The notes under the pieces are model-generated. The model was not told where the DNA came from and did not search any database. It saw only the letters and a list, made by a program, of their open reading frames with translations. Of a stretch of DNA of 39,534 bases, positions 32,885 through 39,534 are shown piece after piece. How positions within the stretch are numbered: position 1 is the stretch's first letter; every line of letters starts with the position of its first letter. Source of the stretch: Octopus bimaculoides (Eukaryota); assembly GCF_001194135.2 (NCBI RefSeq), contig NC_069000.1, positions 14,123,722 to 14,163,255 on the forward strand. Reading direction: 5' to 3'. Made by a program: the position numbers and the translations under genes.

Positions 32885-33784
32885 ATCAAACTAATCGGTT
32901 ACTTAAAAAAGAAATTTCAGAGATACTCTAAGAAAACATTATATTCAACACGAATCATGGAAAAAGCTCATTCGGAATTAGTTTTGTGGCAGCTTTCACA
33001 AAAATTGCTTAGTGAAAATGAAAACAAACAATTCAAATATTTTTTCACAGAATTTCAACGTAATCACTCGGTACCGATGTTATGTACTCGTTTAAAACCA
33101 CTTATTAACACATCTGAACGTCTTGTCTTACTAGTGGAAATGAGTTACCTTCTACCAAACCATCTCTCAGACGACTTTCATCGTATTTGCTCACTGGAAT
33201 TTGCCAATTATAGTCAAGCACTTCAGGCTTGTCGTCCAGGTACGTTGCCACGGATTGAGAGATCACGTGTCATCGCCCAGGACTCGTCAGGTAAAACACG
33301 TATCGTATCACAAGGTAACTTGAAGAAGCTTATTATAAACCGTTCTCCTGATTTACGGAGCAGTCATCAATCCTCATCAATGCAAAACAGCAATAAACCT
33401 TACGATGAATTTGATGATGCTGTTGAGAGTGTCTTCTTAGATAATAATATTTCACCAAAATCACACAGAAAGTTTGAAGATTATAACAATATGAGAAATT
33501 GGCAGGAAGCAGATTTAAGAACGGATTCAAGGAGGTCATCAGGTCGTAATTACAACAACGGAGTTCGTTCTAAGAGGGATGAAATAACAGTCTACGAAGA
33601 TAAAGGTTTAACTATTAGTAAAATTTCGAATAATCCTGGAGAACTTGGAAAAAAGACACATCTTATTCATTTAGTACGCCAAAGTGGAAACTGTAGTTTA
33701 GGTATGTCCCTAAAAGGTGGAATGGACGAAAATACTCCAATAACAGTGGACTGGGTCGAAGAAGGAAGTTTAGCAGATCTACAA
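32885..33784 (+). CDS. WHRN: Whirlin-like (harmonin-homology domain + PDZ1 start), 900-nt exon; likely start ATG at 32957; gene continues beyond visible exons
   Basis: Acceptor tttttttcAG|32885 and donor CAA|GTAAGT at 33785, frame open throughout. LLSENENKQF..LKPLINT..LLVEMSYLLP resembles whirlin HHD1 (LLSEAEREQF, recalled). LIHLVRQ..SLGMSLKGG..VEEGSLAD is a PDZ beta-A/GLGF loop. Exact orthology among WHRN/PDZD7/USH1C is unproven. Confidence 0.75.
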
Positions 33785-34020
33785 GTAAGTCACCATATTG
33801 ATAAACATTTTATTTCATTCGTTTTTATAATGTCATTCACTGAAAATACTTTAATTTGTTGTCATTATTTTTGTCGTATTCCACATCATTCGGGATGATT
33901 CGGGATTTGCGTATCACTTGACTAACCCTAGGTATCTCTCTCTCACACACACACACACCTTTCGGGACTTTTCTTTGTTGATATATTTTTATCTTGTTTT
34001 CATTTCTTTTTTTTTTTTTA

Positions 34021-34242
34021 CACGGCGAGCAGGCAGAAATGTTAGCGCGTCGAACAAAATGCTAAGCGGCATGTTTTTCGGCTCTTTACGTTCTGAGTTC
34101 AAATGCCATCCAGGTTGACTTTGCCTTTCTTCCTTTCGGGGGAGATAAAATAAGTACTAATTAAGCACTAGGGTCGACGTAATCGACTTGCCTCCACTCC
34201 TCAAAACTGCTGGCCTTGTGCCAAAATTAGAATGTTATATTA
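34021..34242 (+). mobile_element. Full-length SINE A
   Basis: Head cggcgagcaggcagaaatgttagc, B box gagttcaaatgcc, core and tail. Confidence 0.9.
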
Positions 34243-34342
34243 TTTTTTACACGATTTTATACAAACCCGTACTCTGTTGTAACCCTGTCCTTTGTATTGT
34301 CCTCATCGTCTATAGGACATTGTGGCTATTAAATTATTATTA

Positions 34343-34373
<31 letters not shown>

Positions 34374-34375
<2 letters not shown>

Positions 34376-34503
34376 CGCTGAGGTCGACTTTGCTTTTCAT
34401 CCTTTCGGGGTCGATGAAATAAATACCAATTGAGCACTGGAGTCGATGGAATCGACTAGTCTCCTCCCCTAAAATTTCAGGCCTTGTACCTTTAGCAGAA
34501 AGG

Positions 34504-34530
<27 letters not shown>
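34374..34530 (+). mobile_element. 5'-truncated SINE A with (TTA)n tail, also preceded by (TTA)n
   Basis: ccgctgaggtcgactttgcttttcatcctttcgggg...gcagaaaggattattatt. Confidence 0.9.
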
Positions 34531-34536
<6 letters not shown>

Positions 34537-35170
34537 ATTATTCTGTAGTTTTATTTTGTATTTGTATCGCGTGCTTTCACTGCACTACCCAGCGNNNNNN
34601 NNNNTATATATATATTCGTAAATCCTGGGGTTTTGGTTATGTATTTGCCTGCATTTTTTCAGGGTTTTTTTTTTTACCATACCTAAAGCACATCATCTAC
34701 CCTGGATCCGTTGGGGTGTCTGTCTGTAGCCTTCTTCTGGACGGGCGATGCTTCTGTTTTGAAGCTCCTCCTCCGGATTATTTCTATTTCCAGATCTTTG
34801 TATTTCGATAATTCCTCCATTTCTTTTCGAGATAAACTGCCATCTATTGGAACTGATTTGTCGATTACGAAGCTTTTTTTTTTATCTTTATGATCCTTGA
34901 CGACAATATCTAATCGATTAGCCTCGATCTCTCTATTTGTAGGTATTGACATATTCAAGAGTATAGCTGTTGCGTCGTTTCTAAGACCTTTTCTTGGGCA
35001 TTCCTATCCTATTTTATTTCTTTTAGCATTCTTGCAGTGTATGTAAGTCCCAACTTATCATATACCTGTGGATATATTCTTTCTTTGTCAAAACTGGACA
35101 ACCAGAGACTAAGTAATTTAGTAATTCTTCCTCCCATCATCACATGTTATGCAGTTACTGTATTCTACTT
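34520..35170 (-). mobile_element. R4/Dong-clade element 3' portion (CCHC region, endonuclease, 3' UTR, (TAA)n tail)
   Basis: Minus frames LVSGCPVLTKKEYIHR, NMSIPTNREIEANRLDIVVKDH..LSKYKDLEIEI and ALGMVKK; 3' UTR ggtagtgcagtgaaagcacg is shared with the 36573-37012 copy. Confidence 0.85.
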
Positions 35171-35959
35171 TATTATACATTTTTTTGTTGGTTTCTGGGA
35201 TCCAAAATACTTTAAAACAAACACATTATTCAAATCGAATTACAAAAGGTAGAATGAGAGGATATGCATGATTTTTTTGTTAGTTGCTAATTAATAGATT
35301 TGCCATTCTTTTTCTCTATTTCGATATATTAAACTCGTCATACAATAATTAATTGAGCTTAATCATTATTTTCCCCATAAATTAGATCAGTTGCGCTGAT
35401 TAGATTATTATTAATATATTATACAGAGTTGGTCAAAAGTCACTTTACAGTAAGCAAAAAACCATTTGATTCCAAGGTTAAAACAAATAATTATTTTATG
35501 TGAGACATTGCTAATAGACAAATGTTGAAAAAAAAAAAATGGTGATTTTTAACTCACAGTATTCAATTATTAAATATTCATAATTGAAATGAATAAATAA
35601 AATTAAATATTAAGCATTTATGGAATTTCTGATTTACTGTCGGATGACTTTTGGCCAACACTGTTGATACATTAATGCTAACCGTTTCCATTAAATTGAA
35701 ATTGTGATATTTAAACGGATAAGAAACCTTATATTCTACCCTTAAACAAAACAATAAGCACAAATACCACTATAATTGATGGTATTTAGTATGTACTTTT
35801 TCTCAAAGAAAGCCACAAAAATCACCTCGGTACCTCATCGAAGATGAGCTGCCGTAAGCAAACTTTGTCTCTGACGATCATTATTGTAGGCTAATTTTAA
35901 TCCACACGGCCTCTTCTACCTAGCCTGACTCCTTGATAATGCTATTTACTTAAATATTA

Positions 35960-36572
35960 TTATTATCATTATTATTATTATTATTATTATTATCATCATC
36001 ATCATCGTTATTATTATTATTATTAGAGAGAGGAAGCAGCGCATGCCATCAAAGAGACACTGGGGTACAAATATACAAAGCCCAATATACCCATCATGAC
36101 TATCCGTCTGATAAAGGAAATACCAGGCACATGCATCGCAACAATATGCGCGCGACATGCTGATCCCGTAACAAGATAAACAGCGTATGAACATCGCAGG
36201 TGGGGGCCCAGTTAGAATTTTCTTCAGGTCGAGTAGCCCATTCTACTCAAAAGGTCCCTGAATAAGGGTTGTTTAAGGATGTTGAACGAAATACCCATGT
36301 CTCCGGGAGTGAATTATTCAAACCCCAACGAATTCCTCTCAGCACATGGCTATGACGCTCCCCCACTACTTCTGCTCGTGATCAGGGATGCACATATCGT
36401 CAGCCACCAAGGGACATGTTCAAGTGGTTATGGTCAAGCAACTGACAAGCAAATCTGTGGTATTGAGCAGAATACAGTATTTGCTGTAGCCCATCTTCTG
36501 CACAAAGACAAAACATGTACATGATAATATTTCCAAACAGTTAAGATCAGAAGCCATGAGAGCCAGTGCCCG
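35960..36572 (-). other. ~600-bp probable non-autonomous element ending in (TAA)n on the minus strand
   Basis: Complex, relatively GC-balanced block between two microsatellite tails; resembles a recalled octopus repeat; single copy here. Confidence 0.35.
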
Positions 36573-37012
36573 GTTGTTGTTGTTGTTGTTATTCAGTAGT
36601 CTTCTTTTTATCACGTGCTTTCACTGCACTACCGAGCGCAGCTCTGGTGTGCCTTGGGTATATGCTGTGGTTTGTTGTGGTGCTCTTATTTTCATTGTAT
36701 TGAAAGTGTTTTACGTAGGTTGTGTGTGGTGCCTAGTAGTGCTATTTTCTGTATGCTATATATACTTGTAAGTCCTGATTTTTTTTGTTATGTATCAGTC
36801 TAAATGCTTTTTATCATACCTAACGCGCCTACTATGATAGGAATTGGTTTTGTTTTTAGACTCCACATTCGAGTTACCTCTATTTCCAGATCTTTGTATT
36901 TTGAAAGTTTCTCCATTTCTTTTAGAGAAACGTTGTCATCTGTTGATATTGATACATCGATTAGAAAGCATTTTTTCTTGGTGATCTCTGACAACTATAT
37001 CCGACCTTGGCT
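36573..37012 (-). mobile_element. R4/Dong-clade element 3' end
   Basis: KCFLIDVSISTDDNVSLKEMEKLSKYKDLEIEVTRMWSLKTKPIPIIVGALGMIK, then QKIALLGTTHNLRKTLSIQ*, 3' UTR and (AAC)n tail. Confidence 0.88.
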
Positions 37013-37049
37013 TAGGTTCGGTCTTATTCCTGGTAGGAATTATGTGGAT

Positions 37050-37256
37050 AGCGAAGTCGACTTTGTCTTTCATCCTGTCGGGGTCGATAAAATAAGTACC
37101 ATTCAACTACTGATGTCGATGAAACCAATTTCACCCTCCCATCATAAACTGATGTCCCTGTGCCGAGGTGCCGCGCAGTAAAACTGAACCCAGAACCACA
37201 TGGCTGGGAATCAAACGTCTTAACCTTGCAAATCATGCCTGCGCCTACTAAATCTA
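37050..37256. mobile_element. SINE A core (+) joined to SINE B head (-)
   Basis: gtcgactttgtctttcatcctgtcggggtcgataaaataagtacc, then gaggtgccgcgcagtaaaactgaacccagaaccacatgg. Confidence 0.7.
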
Positions 37257-38147
37257 TAGTTATAATCAGCCAAGAGTGTCAAATGGTTTGTTAATTTAGC
37301 AATCCCTATTTGAATAGCTCTAATTGTTTCATCAACAGGAAAATTAACAATTCGTACTAAGCACTGGATTATACATTCCAACAATGAACTGTTGACACGT
37401 CTGGAATGGGTTACACCCAACAAGTCCTATACGTCGAACTATCGCCGATTAAATCTCAATGTTTACAAAATGATTTACGCTTAACTATTTACTGTATCAG
37501 TTTGACTAGATTTTTCATCAAATACAGTACTGTATTTGATGACATAAAAGATGCACTTGGTATGTGAGACGCGACCCATTTTCATCAGCGCATATTTAGG
37601 GGGAAATGTTTTTAGTGCATTAAAGTTTTATGTGAGAAGTTAAACTTTGCATATATGACCCAGGGTAATTTTTTTTTTCTTTGAGGCACATTTTTTTCTT
37701 TTAAAAAATGCGTTTTATATGCCATAAAATACGGATCAAAACTAAATATATATTCTCAAAGAACATGTCAGTTGTGATTCTTCAATTAAAGTGTGCCAAA
37801 GAAATTTACGAAGATATAGTTACTCCCTAGATATAGATTGTGAATGTGCACTATAAGGCAATAGTAGTATATTTGTCCACTTACCCGGCGTTCTTCCTAG
37901 AGATAAGACGAAAATGTTTCATGTTCGCCGCCGCACACATCTTTGCTTATATATACATTCAATGAAGCTTTACACAGCTTCGTACGGTTATCGACTGCTA
38001 TTTCCAGCAAACATTGGTGCCTTGTTTTGCTACTATTCCTATATATATATAGATAAATATCTAGCTTGGTTTACATGAGACCAGATATTACAAACTGGCA
38101 GTATTTAGCCGTTGGCTATAGCTTCGTAATCGAAGATAAAACACAAA

Positions 38148-38355
38148 CAGAAACGTTAGCACACCGGGTGAAATGCTTAGCGGTATTTCGTCTGCCGTTA
38201 CGTTCTGAGTTCAAATTCCGCCGAGGTCGACTTTGCTTTTCATCCTTTCGGGGTCGATAAATTAAGTACCAGTTACGCACTGGAGTCGATGTAATCGACT
38301 AAACCCCTTTGTTTGTCCCCTTTATGTTTAGCCCCTTGTGGGCAATAAAGAAATT
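38148..38355 (+). mobile_element. SINE A (near full length) with 16-bp target-site duplication
   Basis: GAAGATAAAACACAAA at 38132-38147 and 38356-38371; CpGs intact. Confidence 0.92.
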
Positions 38356-38373
38356 GAAGATAAAACACAAAGC

Positions 38374-38405
<32 letters not shown>

Positions 38406-38785
38406 ATTAGTGGTGGGAACCCAGTTTACACTTTCTTTCTCATAACGTGATGCTCTTCATAGCTAGATACCCTTCCTACAACCACCCACCTTATAGAGAC
38501 TACTGAGTGCATTTTATCATAACACAAACACTAGATATTTACTTTAAGGAGTGCGAATTACTTTATAGTGTACTATTCACGTTTTATCATTACATCAGCA
38601 CTAGTGAGGTTGACACTGCAAGACAAAAGGGAGACCTCGTCGTTATACGAGACCAATATAATGGGTAAAAACTAGAATGACTACATAAAGCAAAACCAAG
38701 GCAGAAGAGAGGAAGAAGGGAGAAGGAAAGGATAGTGTGGTGGGCGTGACAGAGTGATTGAGGTGACGGTATGGAAAAAAAAATA

Positions 38786-39010
38786 TGTCCAGAAAGTCCG
38801 TACCGATTTTTAAAGGAAAGAAAAAGGTCAATAAATACTTGCCATTACATTTTTAATCAACCAAATATGAAACATTTTGTTGCACAATGCGTCTCCATCT
38901 TTCCTTTAACTTGAAAATACCCTCTTCCCAGAATTGAGGTGGTTTCATGGCAGATAAGTCGAAAGGTAAGCTACTATAAATCGGCACGAACTTTCTGGAC
39001 AACCCAATAT
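38786..39010 (-). mobile_element. Internally deleted mariner element
   Basis: Terminal repeats TATTGGGTTGTCCAGAAAGTTCGTGCCGATTT and AAATCGGTACGGACTTTCTGGACA; the transposase C-terminus QFWEEGIFKLKERWRRIVQQNVSYLVD* is retained. Confidence 0.85.
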
Positions 39011-39335
39011 ATGTGTATGTACATATATATGCATACATATATATATATGTAAAGAATAAAAAGTTTTGAATGGTACAACAATGCACTATAATACAAAAAA
39101 TGGACTATATACCTGTTGTAATTAAGTCATCCATAGTCTGATTAATATTTCGGAATAAATTTCCTTCTTCAGATATTCTAAATTACAACAGGTATATAGC
39201 TCATTGTTTGTATTATAGCGCATTGTTGTGCCATTCAAAACTTTTTTATTCTTTACAAACAATACACAATGCTTCAAGCAAACTACAATACTGTCATATA
39301 GATATATATATTTATATATATATACAGATATATAT

Positions 39336-39442
39336 ATTTAGTCCCTCGAAGCGTGAGGCATTAATGCACAGTTGATGCCCTTATATATAATTAATTATAT
39401 TTATGAGGAAATGATGAATTTTTTCATTACGAAATTTTCCGT
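39336..39442 (-). repeat. ~110-bp dispersed repeat, copy 2
   Basis: Reverse complement of 13914-14023 with a few substitutions. Confidence 0.85.
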
Positions 39443-39534
39443 TATTTTTTCATTATGAGGTTTTTTTCACGCTGACTACTTGATAAATTCTTATAAAGAA
39501 TTTATCCTATATTATATTATATTATATATATATA

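Noticed and set aside
33785-33898. C-terminal 37 aa of ORF 32867..33898 (and its first 6 aa)
   Set aside because: Lies beyond a consensus donor (CAA|GTAAGT) mid-PDZ; intronic read-through.

Overview
AT-rich, microsatellite-dense animal genomic DNA with about 12 N gaps. The repeat content (tRNA-derived SINEs resembling the octopus OK/OR families, R4/Dong, CR1, RTE, mariner/maT and hAT remnants) suggests a coleoid cephalopod, probably Octopus; this is inference from recalled repeat families. Two credible protein-coding segments lie on the + strand. (1) 426-1334 is an intronless 302-aa alpha-kinase-fold protein. It keeps all four structural Zn ligands, has lost the catalytic Lys and Asp residues, and carries a His/Cys-rich YNHxxx repeat tail ending in a PSAP motif. 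(2) 32885-33784 is a 900-nt exon encoding a harmonin-homology domain plus the start of a PDZ domain (whirlin-like). Notable non-coding structure includes a Penelope-type minimal hammerhead ribozyme motif (8603-8653, minus), a 7-copy head-to-tail SINE array (5417-6979), foldback elements built from two inverted SINE 3' ends (10474-10667, 29555-29820) and a ~217-bp-arm inverted duplication (11012-11481). There are also four R4/Dong endonuclease remnants, two of them abutting (TAA)n tracts, and a CpG-depleted domain over roughly the first 8 kb. All identifications are by eye; no database search was run. SINE family letters A-E are my own working labels.
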